Source: Basidiobolus meristosporus CBS 931.73
Lineage: Eukaryota > Fungi > Basidiobolomycota
NCBI GenBank assembly: GCA_002104905.1
Contig: MCFE01000166.1
Location: forward strand, 1 to 64,000
Length of the DNA: 64,000 bases
Direction: 5' to 3'
The notes beneath the pieces were generated by a model. It had not been told where the DNA came from. It made no database searches and was given only the letters and a program-made list of their open reading frames with translations. Shown piece by piece: positions 12,353 through 24,024 of the stretch. A program made the position numbers and the translations under genes. How positions within the stretch are numbered: position 1 is the first letter of the stretch; each line of letters begins with the position of its first letter.

Positions 12353-13140
12353 ATTGTCGTTGATTTATCGTCGGTAAGCTGTTGCTGATATGCTTCTCCA
12401 GACAGGTAGAACTGCTTTGAAAGAGCGAGAGATGGCAAGGATTTATACCTGAACTGAGGTCAGCGACAAGTCGAGACCCCAAGTGCAAGAATACAGACCG
12501 AGGTATATGACTTCTTTATGAGGAAGGTCACCTACACCGGTCATATAACCTTTGCGCATAGAGTCCTTACCCTAATAGCGAAAACTCGAATAATCAGAGC
12601 CTGGTTACGTCAGGGCTATTTTTACGGAGCTACTAACGCCTATGGGTTTCAGCCTAACCCTAAAACCCTTCCATATGATAAACCTCCTTTCTTCTACTCG
12701 GCTCTAACAGCAATGCGCGTAAGGTTACGCCATGTTGATATTAATCTGCAAACATTGGTAAGCACTGGTCTATGATTGCACCGCAGTGGATTGTATTAAT
12801 GGAATGGTGCCCGGTTAAGATTATTTGGTGATATGGATTAGTGTGCTTGTTTACTGCTCCAACGGACTCAGTGGTCCTCGGCAAATTAGCCAATACAAAG
12901 CTGAATATTCCACCCCGCATTAAGGATTAGTACATGTCCCATCATTGACCCTAATTGCATTAGGCGGTTGGTTGTTCGTTGGAAAATCATTCGATATTTC
13001 CCGGTTCGCATTCTATCGGTGACGCTGGATGCTCACCATTTCGCATTGTTTCATGATGGAAGGAAATGGATTTATTCACGAACTTTGGTTTGATTTTAAT
13101 TGACTTGCTATTATATGTACTCATGAATAGGTTCGGTGAT

Positions 13141-13896
13141 TCATTCGCTGTCAGGCCAGTCACAGACGATGCCATCCCCCTCTACGGCCTTGCATACTGT
13201 CCCCTCCGCGCAAGTGTTCTGGCTCCACTTTCCAGAAACACACCAGTGGAATGCCGGTGAAGACTCGTCTGCGCATTTGTATTGCCCTTCTTGACATTCT
13301 CCATCACCTGCAGGTGCACCAGTTGGCTGTGGATGCTCAGGATCGGCAGTGGTGGGGCTATCGTCAACAGGGGGAGGACTGTTGCTTGCAGCTGGGTCGG
13401 CCGGGCTGTCGGTCCCTTCACTCTGGGTGGGCTCTGGTGGATTGGAATCGCTTGGCTCTTCGGTATGAGTTGGTTCTGCCGGGTTGGCATCACTCGCCTC
13501 TTCGCTTGGCGTAGGCTCCAATGTGCTGGTGGCATTGGGCTCATCGCTTTGGGTGGGCTCTGGGGTGCTGGTGGCATTGGGCTCATCGCTTTGGGTGGGC
13601 TCTGGGGTGCTGGTGGCATTGGGCTCATCGCTTTGGATGGGCTCTGGGGTGCTGGTGGCATTGGGCTCATCGCTAGGAGTAGGCTCTAGCGTAATGGAGT
13701 TGACATCCGAGCCTGGGTTACTTGGAGATGGTGCTTCGGTGGAAAAAGTTGGGGCAACTACAGAACTGATTACTTCAGTGACTGAGGCAACAGGTGCTGA
13801 TACCTGGGTCTCCAGAGAGGCAGTATCTTGCGCAACAATTTGCACGGAGTAGAGTGCCAGTAGGCCTAAAAGATTGGAGGCTATTTGGAATCTCAT
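13141..13896 (-). CDS. Array gene 4: secreted CBM19-like protein with internal 14-aa repeats (251 aa)
   Basis: The ATG at 13896 (MRFQIASNLL) matches paralog starts and lies ~55 bp downstream of a TATA at 13947-13953. Same C-terminal 6-Cys module. Confidence 0.87.
   Translation of the reverse strand: MRFQIASNLLGLLALYSVQIVAQDTASLETQVSAPVASVTEVISSVVAPTFSTEAPSPSNPGSDVNSITLEPTPSDEPNATSTPEPIQSDEPNATSTPEPTQSDEPNATSTPEPTQSDEPNATSTLEPTPSEEASDANPAEPTHTEEPSDSNPPEPTQSEGTDSPADPAASNSPPPVDDSPTTADPEHPQPTGAPAGDGECQEGQYKCADESSPAFHWCVSGKWSQNTCAEGTVCKAVEGDGIVCDWPDSE
13519..13686 (-). repeat. 4 x 42-bp coding tandem repeat (EP[T/I][P/Q]SDEPNATST[P/L])
   Basis: Visible directly in the DNA and the protein; each unit carries an N-A-T sequon. 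Confidence 0.92.
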
Positions 13897-14089
13897 GATG
13901 AATCGGACTATGAATTGGTTTGCAGTGCTGTAGGTAAAAGCTCCGGTTTTATACTGAACAGTGGAGGCTTGCATTGGATGAAGAGCCAAGAGATTGCGCT
14001 GCTTCTTTGGGATGACCACATACAGCATGAATAGTCAACTTAATCACCGTGCTCTAAACTCAATTTCTAGATAGACGGTCATGATGACA

Positions 14090-14930
14090 TCAGAGTTATT
14101 TTTACTGCTCTTCCGTCGCCAATGTTTAGTCCGATTGTCATTCTTACTTCAATGCCCTTGTACCGATCTTAGTCATATCAGTAATGATGGAAAGCTCGTG
14201 CACCTACGCATAAACTTGGCATATTCCAAGGTGTCCATTGACTGGGAGGTTGTTGCTCACATTGGCGTTGGGGGGAGCAGTGAATGTGAACTCCGTTGGT
14301 TTCAATCACGGCCCCAGCATTCTGTTGCCAGATCTCGGGGATAAGCACCGGTCATCATTCGAATTACCCACCACCACGGTGTGGTGAATAGTCAGCACAA
14401 CAAATCATGTCTCGCGAAATTTCTTTGGATTTCAATTGAGAATGTTCCTAGCGTAATTGGTATTTTGTATGCATCCGTTGTACGGTTAGAAAGCCTCTGG
14501 TTCATTCGTTTTCACCCGGCCAATCACATGCGCCAAGGATCGCTTCTATGGCAACATTCTATCGAGAAAATGTTTCGTGACCATCTTTCAGCAAAACACC
14601 ATCAGAACTCTGGTGAGGAGTCACTGGAGAAGTCATCTGGTTATAGGCTACGGATATTCGAATCCATCAATAGTGGTGCTGTAATTGATAGAAAATGAAT
14701 TGGTTACAGGATGGGGGTGCTGCTGGGCTCCCTACTGGGTTCCTCACTTTTGGTATGTCCCTGAATGTGGGAGCCGCTGGGCTCTTCATAAGGTTTGTTA
14801 CGGGGAGTTGAGATAACTGGTGATGAGGAAAATACTCTAGGTGGCTGACGATACTAGCGGAGACTGGTGTCTACGTTGCAGTGGTCCGGAAATCCTTATT
14901 GCTGAGGTTGAAATTTTGATGTTGATAGGT
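14090..14930 (-). pseudogene. Probable highly decayed array copy (copy 5)
   Basis: Minus-strand fragments IKISTSA (cf. MRIPTSA), caaaagtgaggaacccagt (cf. the QSEEPS codons of gene 8), GHLGICQ, and tacaagggcattgaag (cf. tgcaaggccatcgaag). Many stops. Confidence 0.4.
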
Positions 14931-15579
14931 GCAGTCATGGTATGCTGCAATATGCATGTCTATTCAATAGCTGTGGTGTCTACTGTAAACAATAATGTCG
15001 CCGGCACACAAGAAAAACGAAATAATATTTACGCATGTCGGTGTCAGTGGCATCAAAAAGGCCTGTTTTGCTTATTTCGTAAGGGTTCCAACATCCTGTT
15101 TGTGAGTTCCAGCGGTTGGTTTACTAATTCGTACATGAATCAAGGATTCGATAAGCCCGGTAAGTGACACACAGTATATTTTTACCAGGAACATAGAATA
15201 TACGTTTCAACTAAATTCAATGATTTCAATTGTATCTAGTCGAAAGATTTTGATGTAGATCTTGAACACAGTGCGCTCAAATTCACCCAGGTGACTGAGG
15301 TGTTTGACTGAAACAGTACGGCAGTGTGGACCGTTGTTTGCGGAATAGAATAGGAACATGGTTGTTGGCCGTCATATCGTGGCGTTGTACTATAAGAAAT
15401 TGTAACTCAATTGCTCAAGCTAATTCGTCCAACATCCGAAGTTACTTTCCTACTTCTCGAATTCCAAATATGCTAGATGAATACAAATACTGCTCTTAAG
15501 CTTGGGATAGAAAATGCTTTATTCGATAATATACTTAGGATGTTCTCTTTGCTTTGTTTGAAATATGCTGAACCACTCA

Positions 15580-16242
15580 CTAGGCATAAATGGGCCAGTC
15601 GCAAGCAATACCGCCTCCTTCTACGGATTGACACATCGTTCCCTCTGCACATGCGTATTGCGTCCATTTGCCAGCAACACACCATTGGAATTGTGGTGAG
15701 GATGCATCTACGCACTTGTACTGACCTTCTTGACATCCGTCTTGACCAGTGGATGCATCGGTAGGTTGCGCGTCGTGTTCAGATTCGGTAGTTGCGCTAC
15801 TCGCTTCTGGAGTTGAAGAGGGGTTCATCACAGAACCTTCCACACTACTGCTGGGTGCTTCAGTTGGGGTGGACTCTGGTGTTTGGATACTATCGGGCTG
15901 TGTAGGCTCCGTGGTTGCAGAGACGGCAATTGATTCACTTTGAGTGGTCTCTGAGCCTCCTGAACTGGTTGGATCTGCGGTTTGCGTAGCCTCCGCAGTG
16001 TCCGAAGTACTTGGCTCTTCGCTTTGAGTAGGGACAACTGCACTGGAATCAACAGCCGAACTTGCGCTTGTGGGCAATGGTGCTTGAGTGGGATCAGGGG
16101 TGATGCCTGACGCAACACTCTGAGTGATCGAGGATACTGGCACTGAGTTTGGGGTCTCTGTGGTGGTGATATCCTGTGCGATCACTTGTACCGAGCACAA
16201 TGCAAGAAGTCCCAAGGTTGTGACAGAAACTTGAATTCTCAT
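15580..16242 (-). CDS. Array gene 6 (type A): secreted S/T-rich CBM19-like protein (220 aa)
   Basis: Signal peptide, stalk and 6-Cys module; near-identical to gene 7. Confidence 0.87.
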   Translation of the reverse strand: MRIQVSVTTLGLLALCSVQVIAQDITTTETPNSVPVSSITQSVASGITPDPTQAPLPTSASSAVDSSAVVPTQSEEPSTSDTAEATQTADPTSSGGSETTQSESIAVSATTEPTQPDSIQTPESTPTEAPSSSVEGSVMNPSSTPEASSATTESEHDAQPTDASTGQDGCQEGQYKCVDASSPQFQWCVAGKWTQYACAEGTMCQSVEGGGIACDWPIYA

Positions 16243-17124
16243 GGTGGCGAATTGTCTTGGTGTATTTGTAATATGTGAATTGCTTGATACTTAAGGGAGC
16301 CAAAGTGTTCCGGTATTTATAGGTGGGCGATTCCCAGCACAATGTCGAGATTCACATCGTAAGACTCTTGGGTTAGTCACATTGTGTGTGTTGCAGTAAC
16401 TTGGTCTCCGCTCCTCGAATCAGAGATGGTTTGGATCGGAAGTCATGGTTACATCAGAAGCGTTTCGAATTCCCGATCGGAGTGATTCATTCGATGGATT
16501 CCAGTAACCCTCGTATTGACAACCGTTGAACGTTTGACACGCCAGTATCTGTGGCATTGAATAAAGAAATTTTTTATTTTCTTGGTCTTGGCGTGTATGA
16601 ATTCTAAATGATTGACGGTTAGTTGACCCTATCAGATATTTCATTTTACCACCTATGAACACCATATTTTTCGACCAAATTCCAGGACTAAATTCTAGGG
16701 TACTGATTACGTTCTTTCAAAATGTTTCGCATATATCTTAGTATGTTCGGTTTGCTCTATGGCCACCAGTCGAGATGGTATTTCATTGCAGATCATATGG
16801 ACATATGTAAATACATTTCACTTCCTACATCCACTGCTGCAGAATGCTCGAGTACTTGAAGAGAAGATTGATCAAACCGTTGGAGATTGTTGTGTTGGGA
16901 TACGGTAGGATTCTGTTGCTCGTTACTAGCCAAAACAATAAGCGCTGATTCGTATCATTGACTGTTGGTCCTTGCTTTTCCATGGTTTATTTGATCAATC
17001 CGAAATAACCAGTCCAAAAGTACCGTTCACATGCTTGAGAATGAAAAATGCTTTATTTCAATGATATACCAAGTGCTTATATTGCAGACTTTTTCGTTAC
17101 TGTGGTTGAAATGCACTCATCCAT

Positions 17125-17790
17125 TCACTCGGTATGATTTGGCCAACCACAAGCAATGCCGCCTCCTTCTATGGATTGACACATCGTTCCCTCTGCACAT
17201 GCGTATTGTGTCCATTTGCCAGCAACACACCATTGGAATTGTGGTGAGGATGCATCTACGCACTTGTACTGACCTTCTTGACATCCGTCTTGACCAGTGG
17301 ATGCATCAGTAGGTTGCGCGTCGTGTTCAGATTCGGTAGTTGCGCTACTCGCTTCCGGAGTTGAAGAGGGGTTCATCACAGAACCTTCCACACTACTGCT
17401 GGGTGCTTCAGTTGGGGTGGACTCTGGTGTTTGGATACTATCGGGCTGTGTAGGCCCCGTGGTTGCAGAGGCGGCAATTGATTCACTTTGAGTGGCCTCT
17501 GAGCCCCCTGAACTGGTTGAATCTGCGGTTTGCGTAGCCTCCGCAGTGTCCGAAGTACTTGGCTCTTCGCTTTGAGTAGGGACAACTGCACTGGAATCAA
17601 CAGCCGAACTTGCGCTTGTGGGTAATGGTGCTTGAGTGGGATCAGGGATGATGCCTGACGCAACACTCTGAGTGATCGAGGATACTGGCACTGAGTTTGG
17701 GGTCTCTGTGGTGGTGATATCCTGTGCGATCACTTGTACCGAGCACAATGCAAGGAGTCCCAAGGTTGTGGCAGAAGCTTGAATTCTCAT
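17125..17790 (-). CDS. Array gene 7 (type A): secreted S/T-rich CBM19-like protein (221 aa)
   Basis: ATG at 17790 (MRIQASATT). The body is near-identical to gene 6 and the upstream region is near-identical to gene 9. Confidence 0.87.
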   Translation of the reverse strand: MRIQASATTLGLLALCSVQVIAQDITTTETPNSVPVSSITQSVASGIIPDPTQAPLPTSASSAVDSSAVVPTQSEEPSTSDTAEATQTADSTSSGGSEATQSESIAASATTGPTQPDSIQTPESTPTEAPSSSVEGSVMNPSSTPEASSATTESEHDAQPTDASTGQDGCQEGQYKCVDASSPQFQWCVAGKWTQYACAEGTMCQSIEGGGIACGWPNHTE

Positions 17791-18504
17791 GGTGGTTATC
17801 TGTGTTTCTTTTGTGTATTTGCAATAGCAAATGCTTGAGGTGATGATGATCAGCAACGAAAGTTGCAGTATTTATAGGTAAGTGGTCGTCAACTGAGTGC
17901 TGAAGTCCGCAAACTAAGACCAGGCGTGTTATATGTGATCATTTCAATCACAGAATTCCTATCTCTTGGCTATGTCATGATATGTTTGGTGTAGTTGCTT
18001 GACAATTGTTCTTGGGTTCAGAGCTGATTTGGATCTGCAATCACGGTTACATCAGAGATGTCTCAGATCTCAATCTGTGATCATTCTGGTGGATTCATTC
18101 GACGGATTTCAGTAACCTTCACATTATCAACTGTTAAAAATTTGTCATGCCACTATCAGTGGCATCCAGAATGGTTGAGTATTCCCATTGGCATGGTCTT
18201 GGCTTATAATTCAACAGTCATTGACCGTCATCTATTGCTTGACGCAGGGATTATATCGCCTTAGAAAGAGATCTTCAGCGCCACAAAATAGAATCCAATA
18301 GGTCAGAATCCTTCGGAGTCGATCCGCTTCGATGCTCTATTCAAAAGATTCACATACTCACGTATATACAGGTACCGGAAGCAGCCGAGAGTAACCCTTG
18401 GGTGCATTATTGTTTTACATCATTCCAGCTGGTGACAGATACAATTGTTGATAGTTGTTTATTTATATACTTTTAGTATTGAAGTCGCGAAATCGAATGG
18501 CACT

Positions 18505-18874
18505 TCATTCATTGCTATTGGGCCAGTCACAAGCGATGCTGTTTCCTTCGATGGCTTTGCACACCGCTCCTTCCGCACATGTGTTCGGTGTCCACTTACC
18601 ACCAATACACCACTGGAACCCTGGCGAAGACTCACCGGTGCATTTGTATTGTCCATCCTGGCACTCCCCATCCTTCTCTGGTGCATCTGTTCGCTGTGCT
18701 TGCTCAGATTGGGCTGTGGAGCTACCCTTGGAGACTGATAAAGAACCGCTTCCCGTGCTAGGTTCCTCACTTTGAGCAGGCTCTGGCTGGATAGAACTTG
18801 TACCTGATGCTGGTTCAGTGGATGAAGCTGATTGGGTGGGGCCTGGAGAAACATCTGATGTGGCACTCTCAGTG

Positions 18875-18905
<31 letters not shown>

Positions 18906-19017
18906 ATGCTGGCCCAGAAACGGAGGTCTCCGTTGCTTGGATATCCTGAGCAATCACATGACCAGAGTAGAGAGCCAGGAATCCAAAGAGTGTGGTAGCT
19001 GAGGTTGGAATTCTCAT
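18505..19017 (-). CDS. Array gene 8 (type B): secreted CBM19-like protein (170 aa)
   Basis: MRIPTSATTLFGFLALYSGHVIAQD, a Ser7-Ala4 run and the 6-Cys module; near-identical to gene 11. Confidence 0.87.
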
Positions 19018-19342
19018 CTTGCTGATTATGTATACTTACTCCAATACAAATACTAGGAAATGAGCCATTCCTCACATTTAGTGACTGGATACTAATATCC
19101 ATGTGAAGAAAAAGGAAATCTGTTGGAATATATATACAAATCCACTATCATGACTCAGCTCTGGTAGAGTATGTGACATTACGATCATGTTACAATATGA
19201 TGAGAAGCATTAATCACGATATTGTTCGAACCTGATAACCCACCCCTTGGCCTAATACTGTTTATATGCTTGTGAATGAAGAATATTTTATTTCAATGAT
19301 TTAGTGATGATTTTGTAAACATTCCGTTTTGCATTGATCGAC

Positions 19343-19981
19343 TTACTCGCGATCACTTGGCCAGTCACAAGCGATATTGTTTTCTTCTATGGATTTGCAC
19401 ACCGTTCCCTCAGCGCATGTGGTTTGCGTCCACTTGCCGAAAACACACCATTGGAATTGGGGCGAGGATTCATCAACACATTTGTACTGTCCATCTTGGC
19501 ATTCACTTTGATCAGCAGGTGTATCGGTGGGACGCGCGTGTACAGAATCAGTGGCTGTGCTACTCTCATTAGGAGATGAAGGATTCCCTACAGGACTTTC
19601 TCTAATGCTGCTAGGTGCTTCAGTTGAAGAAGACTCTGCTATTTGGCTGCTTTCAGGCTGCGTAGGCTCTGGAGTTGCGGAAGAGGCATTTGAGCTGTTT
19701 GATTTGCCTGACTCTCCATTTTGTGTAGTCTCTGGAGCTTCAGAGGTGCTTGACTCTTCGCTTGAAGTAGGTTCGACAGTGCTGGACTCATCAACTGTGC
19801 TAGTGCTTGTGGGTGATGGCGCTTGAGTGGGATCAGGGGTGATGCCTGACGCAACACTCTGAGTGATCGAGGATACTGGCACTGAGTTTGGGGTCTCTGT
19901 GGTGGTGATATCCTGTGCGATCACTTGTACCGAGCACAATGCAAGGAGTCCCAAGGTTGTGGCAGAAGCTTGAATTCTCAT
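19343..19981 (-). CDS. Array gene 9 (type A): secreted CBM19-like protein (212 aa)
   Basis: ATG at 19981; signal peptide, stalk and 6-Cys module. Confidence 0.87.
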   Translation of the reverse strand: MRIQASATTLGLLALCSVQVIAQDITTTETPNSVPVSSITQSVASGITPDPTQAPSPTSTSTVDESSTVEPTSSEESSTSEAPETTQNGESGKSNSSNASSATPEPTQPESSQIAESSSTEAPSSIRESPVGNPSSPNESSTATDSVHARPTDTPADQSECQDGQYKCVDESSPQFQWCVFGKWTQTTCAEGTVCKSIEENNIACDWPSDRE

Positions 19982-21127
19982 GGTGATTATCTGTGTTTCT
20001 TTTGTGTATTTGCAATAGCAAATGCTTGAGGTGATGATGATCAGCAAGGAAAGTTGCAGTATTTATAGGTAAGTGGTCGTCAACTGAGTGCTGAAGTCCG
20101 CAAACTAAGACCAGGCATGTCATATGTGATCATTTCAATCACAGAATTCCTATCTCTTGGCTATGTCATGATATGTTTGGTGTAGTTGCTTGACAATTGT
20201 TCTTGGGTTCAGAACTGATTTAGATCTGCAGTCATAGTTACATCAGGGTGGTTCATTAACCACAATTGAGCACTTGGCATATATATGGATCGAATGTGGT
20301 TATGTATATTCGTTTATGTGGTCTTGGCATACTATCGAAGGTAGCATCTTGCTCTTTCCGGAAATGGCACTATGTTAGCTAGTGGATTCCCCAGGCTCTG
20401 AAACTGATCATCACCGGGATTTATGAACAATAGAGATCGGTGAAGCAATGTTCAGCGCTACTCTATGTCTTTGACCTGTATATTCCGTGTTTCTGATGAG
20501 CTCCCTGGATATTTTGCTTGGTAACTAGCCGTAATAATCAATAGTACGTTTCCTAAATTCATCTGTCACTTCACTTATGAATGATCGCCAACCTTTTTCT
20601 TATGCGCCTTAAATCATCCCGATCTTCGAGGATTGATCATAACAGTAATCACAAGCAATTGATGAATGAGAGCTGTGAAGATCCAAAGATATTTGTGAAT
20701 CATGCTATTTTCTTCGTTTCTACCGTTAGGCCGAGTATTCGCAATACCGATCCTCCCAATTTCCTTGCAGGGAAAGGGTATGAATTTGTTTATCCTCTAT
20801 GAATTACTCGGACAAACCATGGTTTACCTTGCTCAGGAAGGTTTTGGACAGTGACCACAGGTACTTGACATATGTAGTAAGAATTCGAGTGATGACGAGC
20901 GCCAGGGCTATTTTTAACAAGCCTCTACCACAAATAGATTGAACGTAGCTTGAAATTTATCCAGAAATGCTCGGTCCCCGCTATCTCTGTCTAATCGTTG
21001 CCCCATATTCTATCATCGGTTCAACCGCTATATCGCTTTATTTTAATTGGGGATACATACAAAAAGAAGCAATGGAGGTATTGATTTATTTTTGGCATTC
21101 AATTTTCTTTGTCGAATGTTACCTTGC

Positions 21128-21769
21128 TCATTCATTGTTATTGGGCCAGTCACATGCAATGCTGTTTCCTTCGATGGCTTTACACACCGTTCCTTCCGCA
21201 CATGTATTCGGTGTCCACTTGCCAGCAACACACCATTGGAATTGTGGTGAGGATTCAGCAACGCATTTGTACTGTCCACCTTGGCATTCATCTTGACCAG
21301 TAGGTGTATCAGTAGGTTGCGCGTGCCCAGAGTCGGTGGCTCTGCTACTCTCAATGACAGGTGAAATGGTATTCTCAACCGGATTATCCAAACTACTGCT
21401 GGGTGCCTCAGTCGAAGCAGGCCCTGTTGCTTGGATACCGACCGGCGAGCTTATCTCTTGTGTTGCTGAAGTAATCTCTAGACTGCCCGAACTGCCTGAC
21501 TCTCCATTCTGTGTAGTCTCTGGAGCTTCGGCGGTGCTTGACTCTTCGCTTGAAATAGGATCGGCAGTGCTGGAATCACCAACTGTGCTAGTGCTTGCGG
21601 GTGATGGCGCTTGAGTGGGATCAGGGGTGATGCCTGACGCAACACTCTGAGTGATTGAGGATACTGGCACTGAGATTGGGGTCTCTGTGGTGGTGATATC
21701 CTGTGCGATCACTTGTACCGAGTACAATGCAAGAAGTCCCACGGTTGTAGCAGCAGTGTAAAATCTCAT
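21128..21769 (-). CDS. Array gene 10 (type A): secreted CBM19-like protein (213 aa)
   Basis: Signal peptide, a stalk similar to gene 9, and the 6-Cys module. Confidence 0.87.
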   Translation of the reverse strand: MRFYTAATTVGLLALYSVQVIAQDITTTETPISVPVSSITQSVASGITPDPTQAPSPASTSTVGDSSTADPISSEESSTAEAPETTQNGESGSSGSLEITSATQEISSPVGIQATGPASTEAPSSSLDNPVENTISPVIESSRATDSGHAQPTDTPTGQDECQGGQYKCVAESSPQFQWCVAGKWTPNTCAEGTVCKAIEGNSIACDWPNNNE

Positions 21770-22573
21770 ATTGATGATTGTCTTTTTGTTCTTGTCTTCT
21801 TAGTGAGTAGTTCTGGAGATACTTTTGTAGGGAGGAAAGTGCCAGTATTTATAGATGAACGATTGCCAACTGAATATTACCACTTGCATTGTAAGACTTG
21901 GACAAGATTGGTCACATTGTGTTGGCTGTAGTAACCTGACCACCGTTCCTCGATTCAGAACTAATTTGAATCAGTGGTCATGGTTACATCAGTTGTTTCA
22001 AATCTCGATCAGACGGATTCATTTGAAGGTTTCCAGCAGCCGTCAATTTGGTAGCAGTTGAAAATTTGGCATGGCAGTATATATGGGATTGAATATAGTT
22101 GCGGGGTTTAGTATGCATAGTCTTGGCACGATTCTAACCTGATAGATTTTACATCAACGATGTAGTCTCAATTCCTTACACCTGGTATTCCAAATGCTTA
22201 CCCACTTATTTCACTTGTTCCTTTAGTAGGTCTAACATGATTTTTTTGATAGATTTGTATGTTGCAAATCTTTGCTCACTTGGTTTTGATATTTTGGGAA
22301 CGTTGGCAAGCCTGAGTCAAACGTACACTGCATCCAAGTGAATTTCTCCACTGGGTGGGCATACATATGTCATACAGGATTGCTTGTGAACACTACAATG
22401 CTTAACATGGTGACTATTCCAAGTACCTTGCCATAGATACGTACTACTAATTGATCTTAGTTAGGTTCGCTATTTTGTGGCCTCATCCTAAATGGTAATT
22501 GATACGATCCGAGTAATTGGTGATATCTATTTATTTTTGACATTTAATTTGGCTAGGCCGGATGGTACTTTGT

Positions 22574-22943
22574 TCATTCATTACTATTGGGCCAGTCACA
22601 AGCGATACTGTTTCCTTCGATGGCTTTGCACACCGTTCCTTCCGCACATGTGTTCGGTGTCCACTTACCACCAATACACCACTGGAACCCTGGCGAAGAC
22701 TCACCGGTGCATTTGTATTGTCCATCCTGGCACTCCCCATCCTTCTCTGGTGCATCTGTTCGCTGTGCTTGCTCAGATTGGGCTGTGGAGCTACCCTTGG
22801 AGACTGATGAAGAACCGCTTCCCGTGCTAGGTTCCTCACTTTGAGCAGGCTCTGGCTGGATAGAACTTGTACCTGATGCTGGTTCAGTGGGTGAAGCTGA
22901 TTGGGTGGGGCCTGGAGAAACATCTGATGTGGCACTCTCAGTG

Positions 22944-22983
<40 letters not shown>

Positions 22984-23092
22984 CTAGCCCAGAAACGGAG
23001 GTCTCCGTTGCTTGGATATCCTGAGCAATCACATGACCAGAGTAGAGAGCCAGGAATCCAAAGAGTGTGGTAGCTGAGGTTGGGATTCTCAT
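22574..23092 (-). CDS. Array gene 11 (type B): secreted CBM19-like protein (172 aa)
   Basis: Near-identical to gene 8; Ser6-Ala7 run. Confidence 0.87.
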
Positions 23093-24024
23093 CTTGCTGA
23101 TTGTGCTCCTGATATGATGCGCAATGAATGGCTGCTGTGATCAGATATAGGGCAGCATGGCCGGTATTTATACACACAAGGTTCACTGATTACAACGGGG
23201 CCCAGTACAATGGGACCCAGTACGATGAGACCCAGGCTGCGAGCTCGCAGGTCAATATTTGTAAGAAGGGGCTGACGAAACCCTGTTCGGAAGGTCGTAC
23301 ACAGCAGCCGTAAACATATTAGAGCACATGAATTAATTGTTGGATGGACCCAGCAAGTGACCCATAGTGGATTACGTCAATGCTATTTTTACCCCACACA
23401 TCAATGTATGTTTCGAGGGAGCCAATTCAAAGGATGCCGAGTGCACCCTTGGCGTCAATGTTCAAGCATCAGTAACGATGGGTAAGTGCCATGATGTTTC
23501 GTAATTTACGCTGGAACAACATATGGGTATACGAACGCAGTATCATCGAGTACACCGCGACAACTGATACACTTACTCCAATACAGATACTCGGAAATGA
23601 GCCACTTCGCGCGTTCAGTGACTGGAAACGAACGTCCATGTGAACAAAGCACAAACCCTTTGGAAAATGCAAACAAATCCATTATCACAACCCAGTTCTG
23701 GTGGCGCGTGTATCAGTAACAATGGGCTACAAGGTCTCTGTTTAGTGAATCGTCTTTGTTAAAGGGGGCACCACCATCACGCCCCAGTGTCCTTTATTGC
23801 GGCGGATTTCTGGAAAATATGGAGATTGAGTGCCGATGCCATCGATAAAGATGATGATTTAGTAAAAATACCATTTGCACCCAAATCTTGATTTAATTAT
23901 GTATCAACTGTGACCTTGGGTCAAATTTTTATTTAATTATCTACACAAGCCATATTCAATGAGTGGGGATACTCCTTTCCTTCGAGTGCTCAAGCTAATG
24001 GATGGTAATACCAAGTGATCCACC

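Larger units (their letters stand above)
11296..23379 (-). promoter_or_regulatory. Recurring ATF/CRE-like site TGA[C/T]GT[A/C]A ~190-280 bp upstream of array genes
   Basis: Plus-strand TTACATCA at 11296, 16449, 18047, 20238 and 21984; TTACGTCA at 12605 and 23372; TGACATCA at 14085. Orientation is the same each time. Confidence 0.55.

Noticed and set aside
11912-23073. Many overlapping antisense and alternate-frame ORFs over the array
   Set aside because: They are shadows of low-complexity S/T/P codons and recur only because the genes are duplicated.
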